NCBI GenBank assembly: GCA_964230645.1
Contig: CAXRHT010000002.1
Span: 800,001 to 864,000, forward strand
DNA length: 64,000 bases
Reading direction: 5' to 3'
From: Bdellovibrionales bacterium
GTDB taxonomy: Bacteria; Bdellovibrionota; Bdellovibrionia; Bdellovibrionales; JAGQZY01
The notes beneath the pieces are model-generated. The model did no database searches, was not told the DNA's origin, and saw only the letters and a list, made by a program, of their open reading frames with translations. Below are positions 21,169-31,600 of this stretch, in pieces. Each line of letters begins with the position of its first letter. Within the stretch, counting starts at the first letter, position 1. Both the position numbers and the translations under genes were made by a program.

Positions 21169-21866
21169 GCTGCCTCCCCTCTAGTAAAAAGAGAAACCAA
21201 ATTGTGTGAATGATTTATGCTGGTATTGTGTTTGTCGACAAATAGAACCTGATCCGCATAACCTTCAAGGTCTTCAATGAGGTTGGTGGCAATAACAACC
21301 GCCAAATCTTTTTGATTGCAGAGTTTTTTTAATTCACGGAAAAACACAAGGCGTGATTCAATATCAAGTACTGCCGTAATCTCATCAACAATGAGAAGCT
21401 TAATTTCTCTCAGAAAACAGGAGATGATTTGTACCTTAGATCTCTCTCCTGTCGACAAGCTATGAATCTTTTGGTGACGTTCGAGTCCAAAAACACCTAA
21501 GTAGTAATTTAAACGCTCATTGGATTTGTGCTTAAAAGGACTTAAATAGTACTCAATCTGCTCGCCCACGGTAGCCTCACTCGAAAGGTGAATGTCATGA
21601 GAACAAAAAGCCATCTCTAAAAGAACTTTTTTATCTCTAAAAGGATCTCTGTCGAGGACCTTTAGCTCCCCCCCCACGGGCTTTTTAATACCCATAAAAA
21701 GATTTACTAACGTGGTCTTTCCGGCTCCGTTTTTACCAAGAACTCCAAGAATCTTGCCAGGGGCTAAATTCAAATCCAAACCTGTGATGAGACCCTCATG
21801 ATAGGGGTACTGATACTGTATATTTTGAGCTTCGATGATGTTTTCCATAAATTTTAATCGGATCAT
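21165..21866 (-). CDS. ABC transporter ATP-binding protein
   Basis: GKNGAGKT, LSTGE, IVDE; ATGA overlap with the permease. Confidence 0.9.
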   Translation of the reverse strand: MIRLKFMENIIEAQNIQYQYPYHEGLITGLDLNLAPGKILGVLGKNGAGKTTLVNLFMGIKKPVGGELKVLDRDPFRDKKVLLEMAFCSHDIHLSSEATVGEQIEYYLSPFKHKSNERLNYYLGVFGLERHQKIHSLSTGERSKVQIISCFLREIKLLIVDEITAVLDIESRLVFFRELKKLCNQKDLAVVIATNLIEDLEGYADQVLFVDKHNTSINHSHNLVSLFTRGEAA

Positions 21867-21966
21867 TTTGAGAATTTATTAAAGCTTTTCTGTGCTTTTT
21901 TATTTGGGGCCCATCAACTGGTCCAATGTCCATTGTCGCCTCTCTCAAGGATGACGATAGAAGTTC

Positions 21967-22809
21967 ATGAAACAATTATTAGTCAGTCTCGTTCTTTACC
22001 TTAGTTGCGCAATTGTCCAGGCGCAGTCTTGTGCTCTCACGGACGAAAGAATCGAAAGCCATAAAAACGTCATTCTCTTTGAACTTTTGGGACCCTCCGG
22101 TCAGGTCGACTTCAGTGAGCATGAGGTGCGTATTCCTCAAGGTGAGCAATGCAGTGATTGGCACTCTATTGGTAATCTTCAATGCCGAAACTGTGTCAAC
22201 CAAGGTGATGCCACAAGCGACATCATCTTTAATTCCTCTAATAATTACCAATTGCGCCAAGCCGATCAACTCAACCGTTTTAGACAGTTGCAATGTCCTC
22301 AGGTGCAAAGACAGTATCGAGCCTGCGCCACCGAATTTTATCGTAGGCGAGGGCAGATTGATCGAAATGAGAGAGAGATGCGATCTCAGTTCCGCGAAGA
22401 TTTTCACAGCACGCAAATTGCCTTTGGTCGCTACACCCGTCGTCGTATGGTCAATGCCAACAATTTTGCCGATCAAAGAATGTCAGAAGAGAGAGCCCGA
22501 ATCAGAACTCAAAGGCAAAATTGCGAACAAGAACACCAGCAAGCTTTTTCCCAGTGTGAGCAGTTGGGAATTCCTAATGAACTTTATTTCGATTTCACCG
22601 ACAATCAACATATGATGTGCCGACAAGGGCTTGTCAGTAATTTTTATGAATACACTCTAGGAGATCTTGCCAACCGCCGCTTTCGTCGCAGAAATCATGA
22701 CGTCAGTATGCTTCGTGCTAATCGTTGCCCCGGCACCCGCCAGGCTCCACAAGTTGTTGATGAGGAAAGTCCTAGTGGCGAAACTTCGGCCGGCCCATCG
22801 GCAGAGTAG
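21967..22809 (+). CDS. Secreted Cys-rich coiled-coil hypothetical protein
   Basis: Signal peptide, 10+ Cys, Gln/Arg-rich helices. Confidence 0.65.
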   Translation: MKQLLVSLVLYLSCAIVQAQSCALTDERIESHKNVILFELLGPSGQVDFSEHEVRIPQGEQCSDWHSIGNLQCRNCVNQGDATSDIIFNSSNNYQLRQADQLNRFRQLQCPQVQRQYRACATEFYRRRGQIDRNEREMRSQFREDFHSTQIAFGRYTRRRMVNANNFADQRMSEERARIRTQRQNCEQEHQQAFSQCEQLGIPNELYFDFTDNQHMMCRQGLVSNFYEYTLGDLANRRFRRRNHDVSMLRANRCPGTRQAPQVVDEESPSGETSAGPSAE

Positions 22810-22982
22810 GACACTTCTCTTTGGTAAACTTAATCTAGATGTCTCTAGTCTAAGGTCGCTTATGGCTTTTGAAAAGTGAAACCGACTCTAAGACTAACAA
22901 TGAGGTCATCAGCAAATAAAAGCCAATCCTTGAAACCCAGCCCCAGGCTCAAGTAAAATTATACAGTAAGAGGGGGACTGAG

Positions 22983-24548
22983 GTGGCCAGTCGATTATTA
23001 ATATTTTTAAGTTTCATAGTTGTTGCCTGCTCAACCACTCCGAGTAAAAGAGATGTAGCAAGAGTCCCCGGCTTTACCTGCCAATTTCTAAGAGGCACTG
23101 CCATACTTGATAATAGCATGCCTTGTGAACAGAACAAAAGGTGGGAAAACTACGGTGACACCCTTATCAATCGCCCTCAAATCTATGTAGAACCTCGCAC
23201 AGAAAACGAAGTCGAAAGGATTGTGTTTCAATCCTTTCGCTATGGGATGAAGGTCCGCCCTGTGGGCTCTGGTCACTCATGGTCTCGCATCACTCAAACC
23301 GATGACCTCCTAATGGGAACTCATCAACTACTATTAAGAAATACCAGCGGACAACCCACGATTTATATCGACCATACCAACAACACTGTCCGAGTGGGTG
23401 CGGGTCAGACGATTAGGAGTATTGTGCAAACACTTGAGCGAAGTGGTTACACTTTGGCGAACTTAGGCGACATTCAGTCACAGACAATCGCGGGAGCGAT
23501 CTCGACCAATACTCACGGAAGTGGCGTGACTCATACAGGGTTTGCGGGTGCGGTGAAAAAATTTAATATCGTGGATGGACGTGGTATTCTCCACCAAAAT
23601 GTTTCATGGAATAACAAAAGAGAGATTTATCGCTCAGCACTCTCGGGCCTAGGTATGATGGGTGTGATCACAGAGGTAACATTAAAAATCGTCCCAGCCT
23701 TTAATATATACTCCGTTCAAGAGCATATGAGTCTGCATGAGTTGATCGGTCAAGAAAAGTGGAAAGACCTGATTGAAAGGGAGTGGTTTTCTTTTTTATG
23801 GGTTTTCGGAACTGAACACGCCGCCGTCATTACCGGACAAAAAGCGGTTTCCTCCACTCTCCAACCCACAAGAGACAATGACTTTGTAGACCGCTTGAAT
23901 CGTAACTTATTCACTCCTTTTTTTATGGGGCTCTACTCCCCTAACAGAAACCTTCTCAGTCGAATGATTCCTCCTATTTATCGAGATATTCGCACGAGCA
24001 ACCCAAGAAAAACAGAGTATCAAATTTCTTCAGCTGCCCTTTCAAAAAATATAGAACCGGTGCACTGGCCCTGGAATCTAGAGACAGAGTTTTTTATACC
24101 CGTAGAATTTATGCCTGAGTTTATTTCTGAAATGGCCGGTTTTCTCAATACGGTCAGAGATACCAATGGGAATCCCTATAAACCCGCAGCGCCGATTCTA
24201 GGTTTTCGTTTTATGAAAGGGGACGACACCTATTTGAGCCCCGCCTACAAATACAAAGGCTATGATGAATTTGCAGCGATTAGTGTGTTCGATGTCAAAG
24301 GTCGACAATCCACTCACCGAGGAACATCCTATCTCCGTGCCATTCGCGACATCCTACAACGTGTGGTTGGAACCGATCCTCATTTATTGAGAATGCATGC
24401 CGGAAAAGTTTTCTTAGACGATGCACCTAATTTTCGTCGCCGCATCTGGAACTGGTGCCCTTTTGCCAGAGCCCGAAGGCGTTACGATCCCAACGGAACA
24501 TTTCTCAACAGTTGGACCTCTCAGTTCTTCTCACGCCCCTGCCAGTAA
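22983..24548 (+). CDS. FAD-linked oxidase (aldonolactone-oxidase-like), lipoprotein
   Basis: VVAC lipobox; RPVGSGHSWS, GAISTNTHGSG, HAGK, DPNGTFLN. Confidence 0.85.
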   Translation: MASRLLIFLSFIVVACSTTPSKRDVARVPGFTCQFLRGTAILDNSMPCEQNKRWENYGDTLINRPQIYVEPRTENEVERIVFQSFRYGMKVRPVGSGHSWSRITQTDDLLMGTHQLLLRNTSGQPTIYIDHTNNTVRVGAGQTIRSIVQTLERSGYTLANLGDIQSQTIAGAISTNTHGSGVTHTGFAGAVKKFNIVDGRGILHQNVSWNNKREIYRSALSGLGMMGVITEVTLKIVPAFNIYSVQEHMSLHELIGQEKWKDLIEREWFSFLWVFGTEHAAVITGQKAVSSTLQPTRDNDFVDRLNRNLFTPFFMGLYSPNRNLLSRMIPPIYRDIRTSNPRKTEYQISSAALSKNIEPVHWPWNLETEFFIPVEFMPEFISEMAGFLNTVRDTNGNPYKPAAPILGFRFMKGDDTYLSPAYKYKGYDEFAAISVFDVKGRQSTHRGTSYLRAIRDILQRVVGTDPHLLRMHAGKVFLDDAPNFRRRIWNWCPFARARRRYDPNGTFLNSWTSQFFSRPCQ

Positions 24549-25394
24549 GTCGGCAAAAGAACGAGGCACTTTTTTACTCATTAAGTGGCTAAAAAAAACC
24601 TCATCATAGTTCTCAAGGTTTTGATGTTTTTTATAACCTTTAAGAAGAATCTTTCTTTTCTTTAAAATTTCTTTTTCAACCATACTCTTTTGTTCAGCAG
24701 AAAGGGAAAAAGAAAGAATTTTTAAAAGCGCTTTAACTCTCCAGTAATCCATCGAATGAAAGCGCTGGGAGAGTTGATCCTCATGGCCTCCGTATTTTTT
24801 AATAAGGAATTCAGAAATAAATCCAACATCCTGATCAAAGCAAAGTCGTAACCATAAGTCGTAGTCCTCACAAACGGGAAAGGTTTCATCAAAGCCTCCT
24901 CTTTCGAGAAAGAATTTTCTATCAATCACAATGGTTGAGGGACTCATACAACAAAACCGAGTGGCCTTCTTGAAAATATCTCCTCCGGACTTAGAGTGTT
25001 TTTTCATGGGATTAACACGCACTCCTCGACGAATCCAAATTTCCTCACCATGCAAGAGTTGGCAATCAGGATGACTTTCTAAGTACCGATGTTGAAGCTG
25101 CAATTTCTCTGGCAGCCACTCGTCATCAGAGTCCAAAAAAGCCAAATATTGACCAGAGGCCTTACTCACTCCAAAATTACGAGCCGCACTCACCCCTTGA
25201 TTAGAAGTGCGAAAATAACGAACGCGAGAGTCTTCAAGAAAAGAGGCCACCACAGCCTCGGTATTGTCCGTTGATCCATCATCAACCACAATCAACTCAA
25301 AATCCCCAAAACTCTGCCCCAAAACCGACTCAATGGCCCGAGACAAAGTCGAGGCCCGATTAAAAGAGGGAATAACCACTGAAAACACTAACAT
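24531..25394 (-). CDS. Glycosyltransferase family 2
   Basis: SVVIPSFNR, VVDDGSTD, FLDSDD, EDYDLWLR. Confidence 0.92.
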   Translation of the reverse strand: MLVFSVVIPSFNRASTLSRAIESVLGQSFGDFELIVVDDGSTDNTEAVVASFLEDSRVRYFRTSNQGVSAARNFGVSKASGQYLAFLDSDDEWLPEKLQLQHRYLESHPDCQLLHGEEIWIRRGVRVNPMKKHSKSGGDIFKKATRFCCMSPSTIVIDRKFFLERGGFDETFPVCEDYDLWLRLCFDQDVGFISEFLIKKYGGHEDQLSQRFHSMDYWRVKALLKILSFSLSAEQKSMVEKEILKKRKILLKGYKKHQNLENYDEVFFSHLMSKKVPRSFADLLAGA

Positions 25395-25518
25395 CTCCCC
25401 CCTCATACCATAGCCCAAGCCCAAAACACCCTTGTTATTTCAAAGATTTCCAGTTATCTAAAAACCTCCCAAATAATTGAAATAAATGGCGAAGCCCATT
25501 CAAATTATCCCTGGGAGA

Positions 25519-25700
25519 GCCCCTTGGTGACGAAACTTGGGCAGGAATTTAGGGAGCCTGGAGTGGAGGCTCGAGCAACGAGCGCTGCGTATCTCGGGTT
25601 GCAGCACGCAGTGATGCAATCCGAGAGACGAAGTGCACCCGGGTGCGTGCCTCCGCTCCAGGCTCCGTAAATTCCTGCCCAAGATTCGCCACCAAGGGGC
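25519..25700 (+). repeat. Hairpin element copy 1: 52-bp inverted arms plus conserved 78-nt core
   Basis: Arms 25519-25570 / 25649-25700 (48/52 Watson-Crick); core shared with 44737-44814 and 57813-57890. Confidence 0.92.
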
Positions 25701-25737
25701 GGCAACCACAACCCAGTTGAAGTGAGCGAGGTGGACC

Positions 25738-26670
25738 ATGTTTTTTGAAGGTTCCGAAAAGAAAATTGAAGTGATTTTTGATCCCAGTCTCCCCTCTTTG
25801 AGAGAAAGACCTCGTTCCTATTGGGAAAAGCTTGTGGAGGCCTCAAACGCTCAAATTCTCTCAGAGATTTCTAACGACACCATGAAGGCTTTCTTGCTCT
25901 CAGAAAGCAGCCTATTTGTTTACGATCACTATTTGGTCATGATTACCTGTGGGACCACAAGATTGGTTTCAGCCGTGGATTTTTTAATGAAAGAATTCAA
26001 GCCTGAACAGATCCAAGCTTTTTTCTATGAGAGAAAAAATGAACTTCTACCCCAGAACCAATCCACCGACTTTTTTAAAGATGTGCAACAATTACGCAAA
26101 TGGTTTGAAGGTGAAGCTCTACGCTATGGTCGAGAGGATGAGCACCACCTCTACCTTTTTGCTTCCGAAAAAGATTTCAAGCCTCTTAAGGGCGATCACA
26201 CTATGGAAGTTTTGATGCATGGGATTCCTGATCCCGTGGTTAAACATTTTACCGATTGTAAGGGCTGTGACCTTGAGAAATTGCGAGCCAATTCCGGCAT
26301 CGACCAAATTGTTCAGGGAGAAATCGACGATTTTGTTTTTGATCCCATGGGATACTCTCTTAACTCTATTAAAGATAACCGCTACTTTACAATTCACATC
26401 ACCCCAGAAAACCATGGCAGTTATATTAGTTTCGAGACCAATGCTTTTGACAGTGATATGCAGGTGGAATGGACTCAAAAAGTCCTGCAAGTTTTCCAAC
26501 CAATGAGTTTTGATTTGGTTTTATTTAATGATCAAAAAATTAAACAACCCGATTTTTCTAATTATATTCTGAAAAGGCAGTTCTCCGAGCGGTTAAAAAC
26601 TCAATACGAGACTCAGTACTTCTCTTATTATCGACCCAACGACGAAGAACAGAGTCCCTTTCGTTTTTAG
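25738..26670 (+). CDS. speD: S-adenosylmethionine decarboxylase proenzyme, eukaryote-type
   Basis: FEGSEKKIE, LSE-SSLFV cleavage site, TCGTT, FDPMGYSLN, TIHITPE, SFETN. Confidence 0.92.
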   Translation: MFFEGSEKKIEVIFDPSLPSLRERPRSYWEKLVEASNAQILSEISNDTMKAFLLSESSLFVYDHYLVMITCGTTRLVSAVDFLMKEFKPEQIQAFFYERKNELLPQNQSTDFFKDVQQLRKWFEGEALRYGREDEHHLYLFASEKDFKPLKGDHTMEVLMHGIPDPVVKHFTDCKGCDLEKLRANSGIDQIVQGEIDDFVFDPMGYSLNSIKDNRYFTIHITPENHGSYISFETNAFDSDMQVEWTQKVLQVFQPMSFDLVLFNDQKIKQPDFSNYILKRQFSERLKTQYETQYFSYYRPNDEEQSPFRF

Positions 26671-26704
26671 AAAAACAGGCCGCACCATTTAAAAAGGAGC
26701 AGAG

Positions 26705-27574
26705 ATGAGCGAAAAACAAGATTGGTTTGAAGAAACCCATGAAAATATAGCCCTAAGGTTTCGCCTCAAGGAAAGACTCTTTGATGAGAAAAGTGATTTT
26801 CAGAGGGTGGAAGTGGTCGAGACCCAAGAGCACGGCAAACTTCTCGCTCACGATGGTATGATCATGGTGACCGAAAGAGACGAATTCGTTTATCACGATA
26901 TGATCACTCATGTCCCTATGTTTACCCACCCCAATCCTAAGAATGTCCTGGTCATTGGAGGAGGAGATGGCGGAACAGTTAGGGAAGTTTTAAAACATCC
27001 CAGTGTTGAAAAAGTCACTATGGTTGAAATTGATTCCGTTGTGGTTGAGGCCAGCAAAAAGTATATCCCTCAGACCGCTGGAAAACTCGAAGATCAAAAG
27101 GTGACTTTAAAAATTGCCGATGGTGTGGATTTTATGAAAAACTCTCAAGAGACCTTTGATGTGATTATCGTGGACTCCTCTGAGCCCATTGGTCCTGCCA
27201 CACCTCTTTTTAATATTGATTTTTATAAAGACGTAGAAGCTCGTCTTTCTGATAATGGAATCGTGGTCTCTCAAGGAGAGTCCCCTTATTACGATATGAA
27301 AATGCAAAAAGTCCTAGTGAATATTCTTAAAGAGGTTTTCCCAAAAGTTCACATCTACAACTATTGTAACATGAGTTACCCCAGTGGTCTTTGGTCTTTT
27401 ACTTATGCCTCAAAAGGTCTTTGCCCCTTGAAAGACTTCGATCCCTCCCGAGTTCATGGAAATTTTGAGTACTACAACCCACAAATTCATTGGGGCTCAT
27501 TTATGATTCCTGAGTTTATGAAAAAAGAGCATGGCAGCTCCTTGACACCACTACCCACACCCTCATGGACTTAA
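26705..27574 (+). CDS. speE: Spermidine synthase
   Basis: DEFVYH, VLVIGGGDGG, VEID, DVIIVDSSEP. Confidence 0.95.
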   Translation: MSEKQDWFEETHENIALRFRLKERLFDEKSDFQRVEVVETQEHGKLLAHDGMIMVTERDEFVYHDMITHVPMFTHPNPKNVLVIGGGDGGTVREVLKHPSVEKVTMVEIDSVVVEASKKYIPQTAGKLEDQKVTLKIADGVDFMKNSQETFDVIIVDSSEPIGPATPLFNIDFYKDVEARLSDNGIVVSQGESPYYDMKMQKVLVNILKEVFPKVHIYNYCNMSYPSGLWSFTYASKGLCPLKDFDPSRVHGNFEYYNPQIHWGSFMIPEFMKKEHGSSLTPLPTPSWT

Positions 27575-28248
27575 AGACACTTGAAATCGACGGACATAAT
27601 TATTCTTGCGATGACCTGATTAAAACTCTTAAGGAACAAGTCCTACCACAGAGGCTAGAGCGCATTCAGTCGGTCATTGATCAGCGAAGTAAGCAGGTTG
27701 TGACGGTGATGGAAAATATCTACGACCGAGGTAATACCAGTGCTGTGATGAGGAGTGCCGAGGCCTTCGGTTTTTTTCAGTTCCACCACATCGTTCAAAG
27801 TGACGAATTTAAAGAATCAAAGCGTGTGACCCAAGGAGCTGACAAATGGCTCATTCAAAAAACTTGGGATCAGACCGATGCGTGTGTGGATGCTTTAAAA
27901 GAGCAAGGCTACAAGATCTATGTCACTCATCTTGAGGGTGGCACCCCACTTCCTGAGGTCTCCTTTGATGAACCGGTAGCCCTTTGTTTTGGAAATGAAA
28001 AGTTGGGGGCAAGTCCCCGCTTAACCGCGAGAGCTGATGAGAAAGTCTTTATTCCCATGAAAGGTTTTGTACAGAGCTTTAATATCTCGGTTGCAGCGGC
28101 TTTAGCCTTTCAATGGGCGGATCTTCACGGAGGAGACAAAGGCTGGGCTCAGCTTTCTGATGAGGAGCGTCAACATCTGCTCGCTCTCTACCTGTTTAGA
28201 AGCTGTAAAAACCCTAAACTCCCCACTCCTCGGGCTCCAAAGAAATAG
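27565..28248 (+). CDS. trmH: tRNA Gm18 2'-O-methyltransferase (SpoU family)
   Basis: N.SAVMRSAEAFG, FGNEK.G, IPMKGFVQSFNISVA. Confidence 0.85.
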   Translation: MDLKTLEIDGHNYSCDDLIKTLKEQVLPQRLERIQSVIDQRSKQVVTVMENIYDRGNTSAVMRSAEAFGFFQFHHIVQSDEFKESKRVTQGADKWLIQKTWDQTDACVDALKEQGYKIYVTHLEGGTPLPEVSFDEPVALCFGNEKLGASPRLTARADEKVFIPMKGFVQSFNISVAAALAFQWADLHGGDKGWAQLSDEERQHLLALYLFRSCKNPKLPTPRAPKK

Positions 28249-28368
28249 CGCAAAACTCCAACACAGTCGTGACAAATGGGCGGGGTCGTTATAAGCCTAT
28301 GACATTATTGAATCTTATAGAGTCATGGCTTTTGTTATTAACAATGAAAGTCGGCTTGGGAGGGTGAT

Positions 28369-29553
28369 GTGACAGATCAAGCTGATTTATTTAATCCAAC
28401 CGAAGAGCACCAAATGTTGCGTGAGACCATCAGACAGTGGGTCGCCGCGGAGGTGGAACCTCAGGCCTTAGAATACGATCGCAATGAAAAATTCAATCTC
28501 GAACTTTTTCGAAAATTAGGAGAACTAGGGCTTCTTGGCATTACCGTTCCCGAAGAGTTTGGAGGCACAGGCCTTGGCGCTACAGCCGCAGTGATCGCTC
28601 ACGAGGAAATTTCCTATTCAGATCCGGGTTTTTGTTTGGCCTATTTGGCTCACTCCATGCTTTGCGTGAACAATATGGCCGCCCATGCTTCAAAAGAGCA
28701 AAAAGAAAAATACCTTCCAAAACTCTGCAGTGGTGAATGGGTCGGTGCCATGGCCATGAGTGAGGCCAACTACGGAACTGACGTTCTCGGCATGGAGACC
28801 ACGGCCAAAAAAGAGGGCGATCATTATGTACTTAACGGTTCAAAAATGTGGATCACCAACGGCTGTGTTGATGACAATGGCACTCCGGGCGATGTTGTTT
28901 GGGTGTACGCCAAAACAGGAGAAAAATCGGGTAAAGCTCAAATCTCTACTTTTATTGTGGAAAAAGATTTTGAGGGCTTTTCAGTCGGACAAAAAATTAT
29001 GGATAAACTTGGCATGCGTGGCTCAAACACCGCTGAACTTGTTTTTGATAACTGCAAAGTTCCCGCTGAGAATCTCGTAGGCGCTGAGGGTGAGTCCGCT
29101 TCTCATATGATGAGAAACCTGGAGATTGAAAGAGTGACCTTAGCCGCCATGGCTTTAGGGATTGCAAAACGTTGTGTGGATGTGATGAACAAATACGGCA
29201 ACGAAAGACAATCCTTTGGTCAGCCCATCACTCGTTACGGTCAAATTCAAAAAATGATCGCTGAGAGTTATGCTCAATTTCAGGCATCAAGATGTTACGT
29301 CTACAATACCGCCCGCATGCTTAAGATTGATGGCAGCGGTAACCGCATTGATTCCGATGGAGTGAAGCTTGTCGCCACCCCTATGGCCAAACAAGTGGCT
29401 GACAATGCCATCCAAGTCTTAGGAGGCTACGGCTACGTTGGTGAGTATGTGGTCGAACGCCTGTGGAGAGACGCTAAACTTCTAGAAATCGGTGGTGGAA
29501 CACTTGAAGCCCATCAAAAAAACATCACCAACGATCTTAGAAAACAGCTTTAG
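28369..29553 (+). CDS. Acyl-CoA dehydrogenase (isovaleryl-CoA dehydrogenase-like)
   Basis: AMSEANYGTD, KLGMRGSNTAEL, RDAKLLEIGGGT. Confidence 0.88.
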   Translation: MTDQADLFNPTEEHQMLRETIRQWVAAEVEPQALEYDRNEKFNLELFRKLGELGLLGITVPEEFGGTGLGATAAVIAHEEISYSDPGFCLAYLAHSMLCVNNMAAHASKEQKEKYLPKLCSGEWVGAMAMSEANYGTDVLGMETTAKKEGDHYVLNGSKMWITNGCVDDNGTPGDVVWVYAKTGEKSGKAQISTFIVEKDFEGFSVGQKIMDKLGMRGSNTAELVFDNCKVPAENLVGAEGESASHMMRNLEIERVTLAAMALGIAKRCVDVMNKYGNERQSFGQPITRYGQIQKMIAESYAQFQASRCYVYNTARMLKIDGSGNRIDSDGVKLVATPMAKQVADNAIQVLGGYGYVGEYVVERLWRDAKLLEIGGGTLEAHQKNITNDLRKQL

Positions 29554-29696
29554 TTAGATGAAAGCCTGTGGGCTGTTAATATTTTAGACAGTTCAACGGC
29601 TCTCAGTTTTCTCAGATTTAGAGGTCCTGTAATATCTTCAGGCTTCAACCTAAGAGTGAAAAAATGGCTTCAACTCATTAGATACCATGATAAAAG

Positions 29697-30890
29697 ATGA
29701 TCATGAAAACTTATCAAACACTACTCACGTTGCTATTCGTTTCTTTTACTTTAACCTCAAACGCGGCTCCGGCTGACTTCGTTTCAACACCTCTTTTCTT
29801 TCAGCAGGCGTTGCAAGACTACAACCGCGAAATTAACCAAAACAGTATAGAGCTTTCCGAAGATCTAAGTGAGATCTCGGAAGTGAAGAAGAACAACTTT
29901 AAGGCGAAAGCCACTGTGCAAAATACCTTAGAAGCTGAGTACCAGACTTACCTTGTTGAATTTGAATTGAACCAACACAAGGTGCAGTGTCTCGGGGCCG
30001 TCTTTCCCATTGATCATAGCATTATGCGCACAGAGCAAGGCCAAGACTTTCAAAACCGTTCCGGTATGGTCTACTTGAGTGAGTGCGATGTGACTTTTGC
30101 AGAAAACAACGAAAATTTTCCGCCGAATTTTGAAATTAAACAGTTCATTGCTTTTCCAAAGGTTGAGAGTTTACCGATTGCCGCAGGGTCAAGTCTTGAG
30201 CGTTTTCATTTAACCAAAGAAGTGGTGGCCGAAGACAAGATATTTCAGTGTATTAGTTCAGACCTAAACGCGTTTGAAATGCCGAGGAATTCAGTTTCTG
30301 TCTACAACACCGAGGAACATTACGCCGTCGGTATACACGTAGCCTCCTCAGCGACCGATTTTGACACCATAGACATTCCAGTCAATGTGGCAGAAATTGA
30401 CCTGGGTTCTATTGAATGGGTAAAGGATAACATTAATTTTTTTACAAGCCTGGGTTCAGAGGGCTCTTCAGCCTTTAATGTCGTTTTTAAAAAGGAAGAT
30501 TGTCGCATAGTAGGTCCTGAGGACACTGTAACCGTGATGCAATGTCGCCTCGACATTCCCAATCCCGAAAATAGAGTTAAGAAAATTGAACGTGTTGTTT
30601 TTAATTTTGAAACTCAGGGCGTGACAAAACCGCGATTGGTTAATTCTGGCGAAGAAAGTGAAATTACTTTTGAAAACACGATGTTTCACAAAGTGAATGT
30701 GGAATTCATCGTGAATGAACCCAATAAATACCATCCAATATTTGAAAAAACAGTTTATCGTAACAGCCTTGAGTATTGGAGAAGTAGTGAGAAGGGACAC
30801 GAGTGTCGCTTCAAGAGTGAGCTCCCCAAGCCTCCTCAACAAGTGACCCCTTCGTCCTCACCTTATAGCAACGCAAGCTTTGATCTATAA
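29697..30890 (+). CDS. Secreted hypothetical protein
   Basis: Signal peptide, 397-aa ORF. Confidence 0.7.
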   Translation: MIMKTYQTLLTLLFVSFTLTSNAAPADFVSTPLFFQQALQDYNREINQNSIELSEDLSEISEVKKNNFKAKATVQNTLEAEYQTYLVEFELNQHKVQCLGAVFPIDHSIMRTEQGQDFQNRSGMVYLSECDVTFAENNENFPPNFEIKQFIAFPKVESLPIAAGSSLERFHLTKEVVAEDKIFQCISSDLNAFEMPRNSVSVYNTEEHYAVGIHVASSATDFDTIDIPVNVAEIDLGSIEWVKDNINFFTSLGSEGSSAFNVVFKKEDCRIVGPEDTVTVMQCRLDIPNPENRVKKIERVVFNFETQGVTKPRLVNSGEESEITFENTMFHKVNVEFIVNEPNKYHPIFEKTVYRNSLEYWRSSEKGHECRFKSELPKPPQQVTPSSSPYSNASFDL

Positions 30891-30907
30891 AGCTCAAAGG
30901 CTTTTGC

Positions 30908-31600
30908 TTATTTCTTATCGGGTAAACTTTTAAAACCCATCCATATTCCCCAAAGTGTGCCACCAATATGGGCCCAATGTGCCACTCCAGTGCGTTGGCC
31001 AAGAGTGGCTGAAGCGATCAAGATTTCCCAGCCAAACTTCCACATCAAAGCGGCAAAGGCTGGTAGATGAATCCAAATATAAAAAAAGAAAAGCATATAG
31101 GTGATCTGACGTTTTGGAAAGCGCACAAGGTAGTAGCCTAAAAGGGCCGAAATCCCCGCACTCGCGCCTACAAGAGGGATATAATATTGCCCTGATAAAA
31201 GAGTGTGCAAAAGTAAACCAAGAATGTGCCCACCAAAAATCAACTTAAAAAATCCGATGAGGTTGGTATCGTCCTCAACGTCATCGCCAAAAACATAGAA
31301 ATAGTAAACATTCCCCAGCAAGTGCATCCAGCTGGCGTGTATAAAAAAAGAGGTAAAGACTGTGAGGAAATATTTTCGGTAAACAAAACGAGGAATAAAT
31401 CCCCACTCCTCAACAAAAAGTGCTAAATTATTAAGACTGGCAATGAAATGAATGGCCGCCATCAATGTAATAGAAATGACAATTAAGAAGGGATGATCAA
31501 TTTTTCGTTTTCGTGTTTCAATGGGAAGACCCAAAAGGCCGGCTAGAAACACTTGAACACGCTGGGGCCAGCCCGTGGTAATAAGGGGTTTAGTTCCCAT
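30908..31600 (-). CDS. Rhomboid intramembrane serine protease
   Basis: FIHASWMHLLGN, GASAG, AHWAHIGG. Confidence 0.9.
   Translation of the reverse strand: MGTKPLITTGWPQRVQVFLAGLLGLPIETRKRKIDHPFLIVISITLMAAIHFIASLNNLALFVEEWGFIPRFVYRKYFLTVFTSFFIHASWMHLLGNVYYFYVFGDDVEDDTNLIGFFKLIFGGHILGLLLHTLLSGQYYIPLVGASAGISALLGYYLVRFPKRQITYMLFFFYIWIHLPAFAALMWKFGWEILIASATLGQRTGVAHWAHIGGTLWGIWMGFKSLPDKK

Noticed and set aside
25519..25700. SAM or polyamine riboswitch upstream of speD
   Set aside because: No SAM-riboswitch consensus, and the same core occurs beside unrelated genes and antisense to glyQS.
25500..25846. Short ORFs over hairpin copies 1 and 3 (also 57646-58367) with similar peptides such as HCVL..IRSAR.SS
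   Set aside because: The similarity comes from the DNA repeat; frames, starts and stops are inconsistent between copies.
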